A stretch of DNA of 64,000 bases from Candidatus Latescibacterota bacterium (GTDB taxonomy: Bacteria > Latescibacterota > UBA2968 > SICM01): contig CBDCJO010000002.1 of the NCBI GenBank assembly GCA_965217865.1, positions 3,520,001 to 3,584,000 on the forward strand, written 5' to 3'. Positions 54,330 through 64,000 of the stretch are shown here, piece by piece. The notes under the pieces were generated by a model. The model was not told the DNA's origin. It did not search any database and saw only the letters and a program-made list of their open reading frames with translations. The first letter of the stretch is position 1, and every line of letters begins with the position of its first letter. The translations under genes and the position numbers were made by a program.

Positions 54330-54614
54330 ATGATCGTCAGCTATCGCGACAAGCGAACTACAGACTTCGCCGCCGGAAAACGGGTCAAGGCCTTTTCCGG
54401 TATCGAACAAGCTTCACTGCTAAAGATTGACCGGCTTGAAGCGGCAACAGCGCTTCAGGATCTTGCCGCTTTGCCCGGCAACCGTTTCGAAGCACTCAAA
54501 GGTGATCGCAAAGGCCAGTACAGCATCCGCATCAACGACCAGTGGCGGATTTGCTTCGAATGGCCTAAAGGATCCCCCGGACCCGAGAATGTAGAGATTT
54601 TTGATTATCACTAG
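54330..54614 (+). CDS. higB: HigB (RelE/ParE-family) toxin
   Basis: MIVSYRDK...PGNRFEALKGDRKGQYSIRINDQWRICFEW. Confidence 0.93.
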   Translation: MIVSYRDKRTTDFAAGKRVKAFSGIEQASLLKIDRLEAATALQDLAALPGNRFEALKGDRKGQYSIRINDQWRICFEWPKGSPGPENVEIFDYH

Positions 54615-54624
54615 GAGAACCGCT

Positions 54625-54924
54625 ATGACCGTGCTCGCAATCCATCCCGGTGAACATCTCGCCGAAGAACTGAAAGAACTCAATATGAGCGCAGCAGCGC
54701 TTGCGCGCAAGCTTAAAATCCCTACGAACCGCATCACCGAGATTCTGAACAGCAGTCGAGCCATCACCGGCGATACGGCCCTGCGCCTGGCCCACTTCTT
54801 CGGCACCAGTGCGGAATTCTGGCTCAACCTGCAAAAACTCTACGAGCTGCGCCTTGCGGAGAAGAAAGCCAGCAAGACGATCAAGGCCCTGCCGACCCTT
54901 AAAAGTGAACACGCCCATGCCTGA
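54625..54924 (+). CDS. higA: HigA antitoxin
   Basis: IHPGEHLAEEL...RITEILN..RAITGDTALRLAHFFGTSAEFWLNLQ. Confidence 0.95.
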   Translation: MTVLAIHPGEHLAEELKELNMSAAALARKLKIPTNRITEILNSSRAITGDTALRLAHFFGTSAEFWLNLQKLYELRLAEKKASKTIKALPTLKSEHAHA

Positions 54925-54985
54925 AACCTCGCTGCGGAACGCCTCGAACACTGAAAGGCAGGCTTATCATGAGCGGATACGAAAT

Positions 54986-55200
54986 TGGAGTTGCCCCGGT
55001 TTAGCGGACGGTTTATCAGTTGCGATTCAGTCGGCTGCAAGGGCGACATCGCTGGAGGTCTTCTCGAAGTTCATTGGAGAGAGATATCCGAGTGCTGAGT
55101 GTCGCCGATGGAGGTTGTACCAGCCCTCGATGTATTGAAATACGGACATCCGGGCTTCGGCCTGTGTGCGGTAGTTTCGGCGACCCAGGCGTTCGCCCCG
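54986..55200 (-). pseudogene. IS3-family transposase C-terminus plus right IR
   Basis: VFQYIEGWYNLHRRHSALGYLSP; end ccgtccgctaaaccggggcaactcca. Confidence 0.88.
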
Positions 55201-55259
55201 ATCACGAGTGAGGTCCCGGGCCGCAAATCCACGGGACCGGGACCTTCTCACTTCGCCCA

Positions 55260-55512
55260 CGTGCCGCCCGTTTTGTGGAGGTCGCGTCCCCCTTTTCCCG
55301 GATTCAGAAAGAAAGTCGCACACGGGCCGGATCTGTGCCCTCAACGCTGTCTCGAGCTCGCCACTGACCCACGCCAGAAATCTCCCAACGGAATCAAATT
55401 CCACAAGTTGTCATCCCTCAATCGCCATGAGCCACCCTGCGCCCTCAAAACCTGGCGATCTGTTTCCTGGAGAAGGACTTGAAAGGTCGGAGGCGGTCGC
55501 CACTGTCTCACG
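55260..55512. repeat. Direct repeat B (17-bp internal deletion relative to A)
   Basis: Matches 53824-54095 but lacks gtgtctcgagccactgt. Confidence 0.92.
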
Positions 55513-55707
55513 CCATAGTCCCACACGGACAGACGGCAAATTGGGGGCGACAGCCGAGCCCCCACTGGAGTTCGGGGTTCCATGCCCAGGCGCATATCTT
55601 GAACTGCTGCGCGTTCACAACCCCGCGCCGCCACCGATGATTTCATCAAGCAACCCTCCCTCTCCCGCTCCAGGGCCAGGACATCGGCGCGGAAGTTATG
55701 ACTGACG

Positions 55708-56160
55708 AACAGAGAATGGTTCCGGGGAGAGGATCATATGGGGAGCCATATTCCCATCCGCCAACTTAGGCGGTCGTCCGTTAACGCCAGACCCCGTGGG
55801 GCAACCCCTTCGGGGTCTTGTCGTTTCTGCCGTATTCACAAACGCTTATGCCATCTTTCCCCCTCTTTGCAAATTCTCTGTTTCGAAGCGCTCCACCCGA
55901 GATTGCAAGCGCAACCGTGGGGGCTGCGTCCGTTGAGCAGAGATATCTCCTCCGGATTCTCCGATTCTCTGTTTTTTCAGTCGGCCTTGTTTAACAGCCC
56001 GGTTGCATCCGGGCGGCCGGTTTCGACGTTTTGGAAGGTCCTCCGGTACATATCTGCTGGAAGTCGGGCCCGGTGGGTCCGGTCACAGCTTACGGCAACT
56101 CACCGGACAGCGTAGCGGCCCTTGCGCCCGGAATCGTAGCCGGCGCAAGCCCCCCAGTCC
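55708..56160 (+). repeat. ~450-bp structured non-coding repeat, copy 2
   Basis: Colinear with 9091-9538. Confidence 0.85.
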
Positions 56161-56164
56161 GAAC

Positions 56165-56662
56165 CGTTATCAGCAAGAAAGTTTTCAAACCTTGCTGAAT
56201 GAATTCGACTTCCAGTTAGCGCAGATCGAAAAGCAGACGAACCTGCTGAAGGAACTTTCAAAAAGCGATGGATATGGGGATCGCGTGGAGATCCTGACCT
56301 CTACACCAGGTATCGGTTGGATCAGTGCCCTGGAGCTCCTGTTGGAGCTCCAGGACGTCGCACGATTTCGAAATGCCGATCAGTTGGCCGCTTATGTCGG
56401 CTTAACGCCTTCACAATATTCGTCTGGGGAAAATCTCCGGTTTGGACACATCACGCGTCAGGGCAAATCCAGCTTGCGGGGCCTGTTGGTTGAGGCTGCT
56501 TGGCGAGTCATCAAAAAAGATGGTGGGATGAGAGAAAAGTATGACCGGATCAAAACTCGGGCCGGCGCCAAACGAGCTATTGTCGCGATTGCCAGGATGC
56601 TCATCATCCGGCTTCGACGGATCCTGATTCACAAAGAACCCTATGTTCTGGGACTGATTTAA
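56165..56662 (+). pseudogene. IS110-family transposase C-terminal half
   Basis: STPGIGWISA...RFRNADQLAAYVGLTPSQYSSG...GHITRQG...LLVEAAW...KRAIVAIAR. Confidence 0.9.
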
Positions 56663-57357
56663 GCCTAACAACTGCCCGCACCCTTTTTAACCCCCTCTCT
56701 CGGTCCGGAGGGAGGAACGGCGTTGTCATCCTTGAAGAGCTTTAGTTTACTCCGTCGCTCAGTGTGCCGAATCCTCTCCCAAATCCTCCGGATCGATAAC
56801 TTGGGGCGCTTCGTGTGACCTCGAATAGTAGGCTGGTTGGGTTTGAAAGCGGTGAGGCAATGTGGGGCGTTTTGGGCTCAAGATCATCGACCTCGGAGCC
56901 GGACATTCCAGCGCGAGCGAGACGCTCTGCTGGAAACGGTTCAGAAGATATTTAAATTTGCTTTTGCAGATACAAAGGAAGATATTGCCTGGAACTGAAA
57001 AGACAATTGAAATTGAATTAGGCATATCTGTTGTGGAAGTTGTTGCGATAAAAGGAAAATCAAAGTCCAAGATAACCCTTGGTCAAAAGTGATTTTGACC
57101 TATGATGATGTGAAGCTGATTTTCAAAGAGGACAAGTTAGTGGATGCTCAGTAGAGGCACCTACGATTTCCCGATTTGGTGCTGGTTTTCGTCCAAAGTG
57201 CTGGATGCCGTCAAGAGCAATATTAATAAATACTGCCGGGTGTGCCCAGGTTTCTGGAAGGCAGGATCGGTTGAGAGCAACTGCCTCAAGGAACGCCTGT
57301 TGGGAACCGGGTGGCCGCGATCCTGAAGCGAAAACGATGCAACACGTGAAACAGGCC

Positions 57358-59412
57358 ATGGACTACCTGACCTGGAATGAGATCATAGCACGGCATTTTT
57401 TCACGCCCGAGAAGGCAGGAAAGGAAGTGCTGCTCTATGTGAATGAGCCGCTCATTGCGCGGTTAGGTGTGCCCTTCCATGCCGGGCTCGCCGAATTTGT
57501 ACAGGCTGTAAAACAAGGACCGGTTTGGACAACACGTTCAGGATTCTGCCAAAAGGCTCTACAGGCTTTCGAGGGCTGGCGAAGCAGGGGATTCGATTTC
57601 CCTCCTTATGTCGCCTACCTGGCATTTTTCGTGCTGGCAGCGGGCCGGGAAAGCGACTTTGCGGCCCACGCGTATTACCCGAGGCTGCGGGAATTGCTCG
57701 GCGAACCGGGTGAAACCAGGGCTCCAGCTTCGTTCGACCGGATGATCGATCTATGGGATGACCTGGAGAAATGGAGTAGGGAAGACAAGCATGAAACCCT
57801 GGGCCGGTTTGAGGCCAGGATCCGGGGGGGATGGTGGAAGGTCGGATTGCCTCTTTCGCAAACTCTCATCTCTGAAGATGAACGGAAGCATCTTCCGGTG
57901 CTATTCAGCAGGGAAAGTCTCGATCCCTCCGACATCCCTTCCCCTGAAGTCATATTGCGTATTCTCCGGAGGTCAGGCAGCACACTTCTGGAAAGGCGCA
58001 CATTCAGACTGCTGAATAGCGATCACATGGATGACACTGTGCTTCGCTCTGCGCTTGCGAACATGGTCACTGAGGAACTCGAGGAATGGGACGGCACGGT
58101 CACCGGAGCCGGGGAAACAGAGGATCAAACGGAGACCCGCCAGATACGCACGGGTCTCCGTATATGCCTGGCATTTGACCCATTCGCGAATACCGTCAGC
58201 TGCCGGGTGCGGACCAAGTCGGCAAGAATTTTTCCGGAAGATGGCCTGAATTTTGTCCGTGACGGCGATCCGCACTGTTGGTCCTGCACGGAGATATCCC
58301 AGGGCTGGTCAAAGGTTCTAAGGGACCACAATTCAGAACCGCGTGCTACTTTGGACGGAGCCGCCCTCGATTGGGCAGCGGGTGAGCGGTTTGCCGATGT
58401 GGAGAACCAGTGGCAAGCGGCACTCCGGAAAGCCACAACGAGGGTTTTTATCCCCGGAAGGTATGAAGTTTTGCCTGATTGGATTGAAAAGCAGCGGCTT
58501 GAGCACAATAGGGGGTTTTTGATTGCAAGCTGCGGTGGGGATCTCGAAAAGGTCAGGGCATGGGGGAGTTCAAGCTGTGCGGAGTTCGAAGAACACCATG
58601 TCTCAGGATTGCCGGAAGGATGGGTTCTCTTCTCTGGAAAGAATGCCCAGGCGCCATGCCCAGGCATCGACGTATTGGCAGTGTCCTCCTCAATCCGGTT
58701 GCTAATCAGGGGAGGGATCAAATCCGGTACTGGTAATGCATATTTGAAATTCGCCCCGCCTTACGTTGTTGTTGATAACAGCCGTGGTGACGAGAAGGTA
58801 ACAGTTAACGGCGGAGAACTGGATGGAGAGGGCGAAGTTGGCCATGTGTGGTATCTGCCAGATGATGCCCCGGTAGGTGAATCACTCCGCATCGAGGTCC
58901 GTTCTAACGGCGAGGTTTTCAGGCGCGTGTTGAGGTTAGAAGAGCCTGAACTGCCGCCCCGGTCAAGCTACAGCCAATGCGGAAGAAATGCGTATGGTGA
59001 GCTGTGCCATGGCGAATCACCTCAGCAGGCTTCCGGGGGAACCGTCCACTTTCCTGCCGGGACAAGTGCTCCTGCCTATCCCGGTGAACTGCCGCTCCAT
59101 TTATCTTCGCGGATTGTATTCGTTGGTGAGAGGCCAGGTGAAATATGCGACTGGCCGGGGGAGGCACTGCCTTCGTGGTCTCCGGTTTGGGCGATAGCCA
59201 GGATATCGCGGAAGCAGGCGAGGTTGACCTTCTGCGGAACTGCTGACCAGGCAAAGTGGAACTATTCCCGGCCGGTTCCTTTGCCTGACCGGAGACTCGT
59301 GAAGAGATGGAAACAGGCAACCTGGTACCGGAGAAGAAACATCATTCAGCCGGATCTTGGCCGGCTCAAGGATCTGTGGTGTGAATACCTGGAGGTGGCT
59401 AGAAATGTCTGA
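57358..59412 (+). CDS. Hypothetical protein, Druantia-like accessory subunit (DruF/DruH-like)
   Basis: Intact ~684-aa ORF overlapping the next gene; assignment is from context with the helicase. Confidence 0.55.
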   Translation: MDYLTWNEIIARHFFTPEKAGKEVLLYVNEPLIARLGVPFHAGLAEFVQAVKQGPVWTTRSGFCQKALQAFEGWRSRGFDFPPYVAYLAFFVLAAGRESDFAAHAYYPRLRELLGEPGETRAPASFDRMIDLWDDLEKWSREDKHETLGRFEARIRGGWWKVGLPLSQTLISEDERKHLPVLFSRESLDPSDIPSPEVILRILRRSGSTLLERRTFRLLNSDHMDDTVLRSALANMVTEELEEWDGTVTGAGETEDQTETRQIRTGLRICLAFDPFANTVSCRVRTKSARIFPEDGLNFVRDGDPHCWSCTEISQGWSKVLRDHNSEPRATLDGAALDWAAGERFADVENQWQAALRKATTRVFIPGRYEVLPDWIEKQRLEHNRGFLIASCGGDLEKVRAWGSSSCAEFEEHHVSGLPEGWVLFSGKNAQAPCPGIDVLAVSSSIRLLIRGGIKSGTGNAYLKFAPPYVVVDNSRGDEKVTVNGGELDGEGEVGHVWYLPDDAPVGESLRIEVRSNGEVFRRVLRLEEPELPPRSSYSQCGRNAYGELCHGESPQQASGGTVHFPAGTSAPAYPGELPLHLSSRIVFVGERPGEICDWPGEALPSWSPVWAIARISRKQARLTFCGTADQAKWNYSRPVPLPDRRLVKRWKQATWYRRRNIIQPDLGRLKDLWCEYLEVARNV

Positions 59413-60421
59413 CCAGCTGGTCTATGCCATGAGCACGAGAACCAGCGTGAGCCTGGTACAGTTCAACGACATCTTTAAGAAGGTATATACGCATGGACAG
59501 ATTTACGAGGATGAACTGGTTGACATTGACCTACGCAGGCAAACTATCCGTTCCCTCGACTCCCTCGGCTACTGCGAGTTCGACTTTCCCCGTCGCACAG
59601 TTCACATGTGCCCGCCGTGCCTGCTCCTCCTCCCCGGACGGGGGACCCCCAGAGCGGTGTTTGCCGGGGCGAGGACACCGTCGCTGATAAGCAGACTCAA
59701 AGAAGCGGTCCGCACGCGGGGAAAGCAAGCCCTGATATCCCAGATGCCGCAAAGCAATGGAAACATTAATATCCCTGCAACGATTATAATTGAGGCAATA
59801 GACAAGGAAACACTCGCAGAGATTGGAAGTGATGCGGCCATAGAAACTGACCTTGACCAGCCAGCAGCGTGGAAGCTTACGCACATTACTGTATCCGTCG
59901 ATGACGTGATGGAATCACTGCGGTTTGACGAAATGCAAGAGCCTAACTGGCCCCGAAGGGTTTTCCGGAAAGACCGATTGGTATTCAGCAGAACCACAGA
60001 ATCGCACCAGGATAGAATTGAGCTCGCAGAATATACGAGTCCGGTTGATCAGCAGCGTAGACACTGGCTGTGGGATGGCGAAAGAGCTGCCGGGGTGGAA
60101 CGGGATTGGGGAAGGTACATTGCCCTCTCAAGCGAAGAACGCAACGTCATGCTTTACCACGAGCGATGCCGGAGGCTCGCGGTTCCGGTGACGGTCCCGT
60201 TGCCTTGCCTTCTCTCCCGGGCTCTTGCTCTGTGTTCCGGAAACATTCCCGTCTCTTCAAAAGCTGGTGAAGCGCCTGTTGCTTCGATACCCGCAGGTCA
60301 TCCTCTGCACATCTACACGGATATCCCCGCCGGAATTGCTGAGCTTGCGGCTGCAAAGCTTCAACAGCGGCTCGTTCCAGTTGATTTGGAGAACATCAAC
60401 AATGGGGTGAGCAATGGTTGA
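59405..60421 (+). CDS. Hypothetical protein, Druantia-like accessory subunit (DruG-like)
   Basis: GGAGG RBS; LDSLGYCE...LPCLLSRALALCSG; overlaps the helicase start. Confidence 0.55.
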   Translation: MSDQLVYAMSTRTSVSLVQFNDIFKKVYTHGQIYEDELVDIDLRRQTIRSLDSLGYCEFDFPRRTVHMCPPCLLLLPGRGTPRAVFAGARTPSLISRLKEAVRTRGKQALISQMPQSNGNINIPATIIIEAIDKETLAEIGSDAAIETDLDQPAAWKLTHITVSVDDVMESLRFDEMQEPNWPRRVFRKDRLVFSRTTESHQDRIELAEYTSPVDQQRRHWLWDGERAAGVERDWGRYIALSSEERNVMLYHERCRRLAVPVTVPLPCLLSRALALCSGNIPVSSKAGEAPVASIPAGHPLHIYTDIPAGIAELAAAKLQQRLVPVDLENINNGVSNG

Positions 60422-61639
60422 TCCAGTAGACGCATTCGAAAAGATACGGGACAATTTTATCCTGTACGTAAAGACGGCTTTTGGAACGCGGTTTCCCACT
60501 TTAGAGGCAAAACGGGAACAGCTCTTGAGGCAATTGCGGGTCCTGAACCAGGAACCGTGGCTTGAACCCTTGCCAAGTTACGAGAGTTCGGGAAGGACGA
60601 TCAGCACGCTTTCAAACGATGATCTTCCCGGGATGAAGACCCGCCAGATAGAACTCTTCAAAGGATTGGTTCAGTGCGGGCTGTTCGGAACCCAAGAGTT
60701 GTATCTTCATCAAACAGAGATGATGAGACGGGCGTTGAGCGGCCGTAATTGCGTTGTGACCGCCGGAACAGGATCCGGCAAAACGGAGGCATTCCTGCTG
60801 CCACTGTTCGCGCAACTTGCCAAGGAAATCCCCGGGTGGAGCCGGCCTGACGATCCACACCCGAACGCAAATGACTGGTGGAGAAACCGGGACTGGAAGA
60901 ACCAATGCAAACCCGGATCGACGCTTCAGCGTTCATACAGGATCCCGCAGAGGGGCTACGAAACGAGATCCGCAGCAGTGCGCGCGCTTATCCTCTATCC
61001 AATGAATGCATTGGTGGAAGACCAGCTGACCCGTTTGAGAAAGGCTCTTGATTCAGATGACGCAAGAGAGTGGTTTGAACGACAAAGCCCTGGAAACCGG
61101 ATTTACTTTGGAAGATACAACAGCACAACACCGGTTGCGGGTCATGAACTGCTGCAAAGCGGGCGGCCGGACAGGGACAAAATTGATAAGCTTCTGGACC
61201 GAATGAAAGAGGCTGATCAAGCTGCGGAAGCTGCCCGGGAGCGCACAAACGGGAATGGAGATGGAGAAGAGGTTATTCATTTTTTCCCCAGGATAGATGG
61301 TTCGGAGATGAGGAGCCGGTGGGACATGCAGGACAGCCCGCCTGATATTCTCATCACCAACTATTCCATGCTTAGCATAATGATGATGCGCGAAGGCGAT
61401 GACCGGATATTCGAGCGGACCAGGGCTTGGCTTGCTTGTGAAGACATCCCGGAGGAACGCCGCGAAGAGAAAAAGCAGTACAGGGTCTTTCATCTCATTG
61501 TCGATGAACTCCACCTATACAGGGGCACCGCGGGTGCTGAAGTGGCCTATCTTCTGCGGTTACTCCTATACCGGCTGGGTTTGCAACCTGACCATCCACA
61601 GTTGCGGATCCTGGGATCCAGCGCGTCCCTTGAGGCTAT
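60414..61639 (+). pseudogene. DEAD/DEAH helicase (DruE/DUF1998-type), truncated by an IS
   Basis: LYLHQ, VVTAGTGSGKTEAF, LYPMNALVEDQ, PDILITNYSML, IVDELH, SSAS, then the IS IR. Confidence 0.85.
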
Positions 61640-63165
61640 CAGCCCGTTGAAGAACTACCTTTCAACGCACATAAACGGAAAAGACGCCTGGAGTGCGGGT
61701 CGGATAAATCAAGGTAAGGAGATTGAGCAGGAGACGCTGATAAGAGGTTAAAAAGGTGACCGAGGGCAGCAAACGTGATTGTAGGACGAGCAGTAGACGC
61801 TGCAAGGCCTTGGCCAGGTCCTGGAGGGCCTTCGGAGTACCTACGCCCATCACTTTGCGCATGAGCAGAGCCAGGTTGCAGCCCCCGATGTGGATCAGCA
61901 AACGCTTGAGGATATTGCCGCGGTCTCTCAAGTGCAACCTGCGCATGCCACCGGTATCATATGTGTGAGCGATGGTTCTTTCCACCCGTTCTGCACGACT
62001 TCGGCGCAAGGCCTTGCCGCGATCTCCCTTGATCCGGCGTCGATTCGCATATACCGCGGCCTGCTCATCTCGTCGGCCGTTCCACTTGCGGCGTCCCCGA
62101 TCCGGTTCTGAAATGTAACTCCGGATGCCGCCTTGCTTCAGACTGGTCAATACATCGTTGCTATGATATCCTTTGTCCGCAACCACCTCCCGTATACGCT
62201 GTCTGTGCAAACGTTTGGCAGCTTTTTCGTCCTTCGCGACCTGCTTGAGATTGAGCTGCGCCTCGAGCAGCGTCCAGGGCAACGACTCGGTATCTCCTTC
62301 ATCTGCTCCCGACAACGCCACTGCCACAATGGCATTGGTGTCCAGATCCACCGCGTGCTCCACCTTGTGCGCCATGTGCGTGCGACCGTCCTTCATCTTA
62401 GCGATCTTGGCATCCGGGTCGTGCGGGTGCTCCCAGTCCTGGTTCGATCCCTTCTTCGGTCGCTTCTTATCGATCTTGGACAAGTCCTCGCGGGTAGGCG
62501 TTTCAATGCCCGAGGCCTTGGCCAGATTCTCAAGGAATGCCTGGTAGCCTTCACCCGTGTCACGGCGTACAATGCTGCGCATCGCGGCGTTGGCCTCCAG
62601 TGTCGTAGCATCCACGCCCAACGTCTTCCCCTTCACCAGACCCGCTTTGCACAAGACCCTCAGGATCCACTTGAAAACCGCTTCGTGAACTTCCAAGGGA
62701 AGCCGATGCCGGATGCGAGACAGGCTGGAATGATCCGGGGTCTGTTCGTCAAGGGCATACCCCAAAAACCGGCGCAACGTCAGCGAGTCAGATACACGCC
62801 ATTCGATCCCACGTTCCGAATCAAGTCCCTCGAAATACCCAATCAAAAGCATCCGAAAATAAACCCCGGGCGGAATGCCCTTGCGACCCATATGAGGAGC
62901 GTAATACCGCTGGCAAAGCCCCTCGACGAACTCGTCGAAGCCGTTCGCCCCCAATACCTGATTCAGCTTCTCGTAGAACGGATGACCCGGAGATTTCACC
63001 AAAGTGTTCGATGCGATGAACAGGTTTTCCTGTCTCTGTCGTCCTCGTTTTCCCATTGCCATTTGCTCGTCCTCCCTTCTCAGTTTGAACCTGATATATC
63101 ATAGGACCAAACCACAAGGAAAGACAACAGTCATCTTGGCATAAACGCACTTTTTCAACAGGCTG
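61640..63165 (-). mobile_element. IS1182/IS5-like element (transposase 61662-63062)
   Basis: GRKGIPP...SERGIEW...PDHSSLSRIR...GVDAT...ANA...VADKGY...VER; IRs CAGCCCGTTGAAGAA / CAGCCTGTTGAAAAA; flanks CTAT and CTAG. Confidence 0.88.
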
Positions 63166-63471
63166 CTAGCCCCAGAAGCTTGTACGAGCATCACCTTGGC
63201 AGTTCACATTGGAAATTCAAGAAAGATATTACATATTGGGCTGGCCTGCACTTCAAAGAGAATATAAGTAACATCAAAAAGAAGTGGGTGGTCTCTGTTG
63301 TTGTCACTGGCCTTATTTGTCTGGAGTCGATTTTTGTGGTTCTTTGGATTCTCTACCATCCGAGCCCGAGTCCTTGACTAAATCTCTTGTATCTGTCTCT
63401 GGCGGTGGTGGCGATTCATTCTGTTTTTGTTCGTTGTCTTTTTCGTATGCCATTTGAGTTCTCCTTTCGAT

Positions 63472-64000
63472 TTACAGGATACCATCCGCCTTCAGTTTGG
63501 CCACAAGATATTCATGGGTATTGCTTCCCTTGACGCTATTACAGGCTCCGCAGAGCAGTTGCAGGTTTTCCGGATGGTCGGTTCCTCCTTTGACGTCGGG
63601 TACGATATGATCCACCGTGAAGTTCCTGAATTGAAACAGCGACCGGCATCCGCCGCATTTTCCTTCCTGCTTGCCGAACAGGACGTGTTTATGTGTTCGA
63701 TAGTTGGGAATCTCGCCCATGTCCGTTCGCTACGGAACGTCGGTCCGGACCGTAACCAGGCGGGAATGATAAAGGTCTCCCAATTCTGATTGAAGTCTTA
63801 TGTTGACAAGCTCGGAAGCTTTATGCGAGATGTCTATTCCGACCCATTGGCGGTTCATTTTGTCCGCCGACACGAGAGCTGTTGCGCATCCGCAGAATGG
63901 ATCCAGGACCATATCGTTGGTATTGCTGCTTGCCTGGATAATGCGGTCAAGCAATGCCAACGGCTTCTGCGTAGGGTAGCCGACTCTTTCTTTCGCATTG
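63472..64000 (-). CDS. DNA methyltransferase (N6/N4) C-terminus in frame with an HNH endonuclease, separated by a TAG; partial at the window edge
   Basis: GYPTQKPLALL...VLDPFCGCAT...GID; DVP*RTDM; CGGC...VDHIVP..KGG....NLQLLC..CN. Confidence 0.85.

Noticed and set aside
62133-63104. 323-aa plus-strand ORF (also 10405-11181 and 52557-53261)
   Set aside because: Antisense shadows of GC-rich transposase genes
63730-63732. Pyrrolysine read-through of the TAG
   Set aside because: No pyl genes in the window and the codon lies in a linker; unsupported
1-64000. CRISPR array, tRNA or rRNA genes
   Set aside because: No regularly spaced repeat-spacer units and no recognisable cloverleaf or rRNA sequence were seen by eye

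Overview
A 64-kb bacterial accessory region (moderately GC-rich; the C-terminal double DxDxDG 'DFDDFF' EF-hand-like tail at 2113-2300 suggests Ca. Latescibacterota or a related lineage, which is an inference). It reads as a decaying defence island overrun by mobile DNA. There are about 16 IS copies or fragments (IS110, ISL3, IS3, IS630, IS256, IS200, IS1380, IS1595, IS1182-like), a two-copy CTAG-targeting MITE, a solitary attC and several dispersed repeats. Defence-type loci include a DprA+PRTase pair, a truncated N6-MTase and an Mrr-N fragment, a frameshifted HTH-REase-ATPase and a DUF6035-like nuclease. They also include an ECF sigma/anti-sigma/ImmA-IrrE triad upstream of a Ubl-E1-DUF6527 (Bub-like) operon, two inverted and partly broken SspBCD-like phosphorothioation modules around a cysteine desulfurase, a four-gene PLD/ATPase/HerA/unknown operon, HigBA, a Druantia-like helicase operon and an MTase-HNH. 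Cargo includes an M24 peptidase, adenosine deaminase, GH113, SnoaL, a LivJ-like binding protein and MacB/FtsX-type ABC genes. Four signals stand out: a hidden secreted selenoprotein (in-frame UGA in UxxC followed by a SECIS-like hairpin), a shared 18-bp motif flanking the sigma triad, the PLD-ATPase-HerA-X operon next to Ssp, and a ~450-nt multi-copy structured non-coding element. All family assignments come from recognising motifs by eye. Some single-base frameshifts could be sequencing errors.
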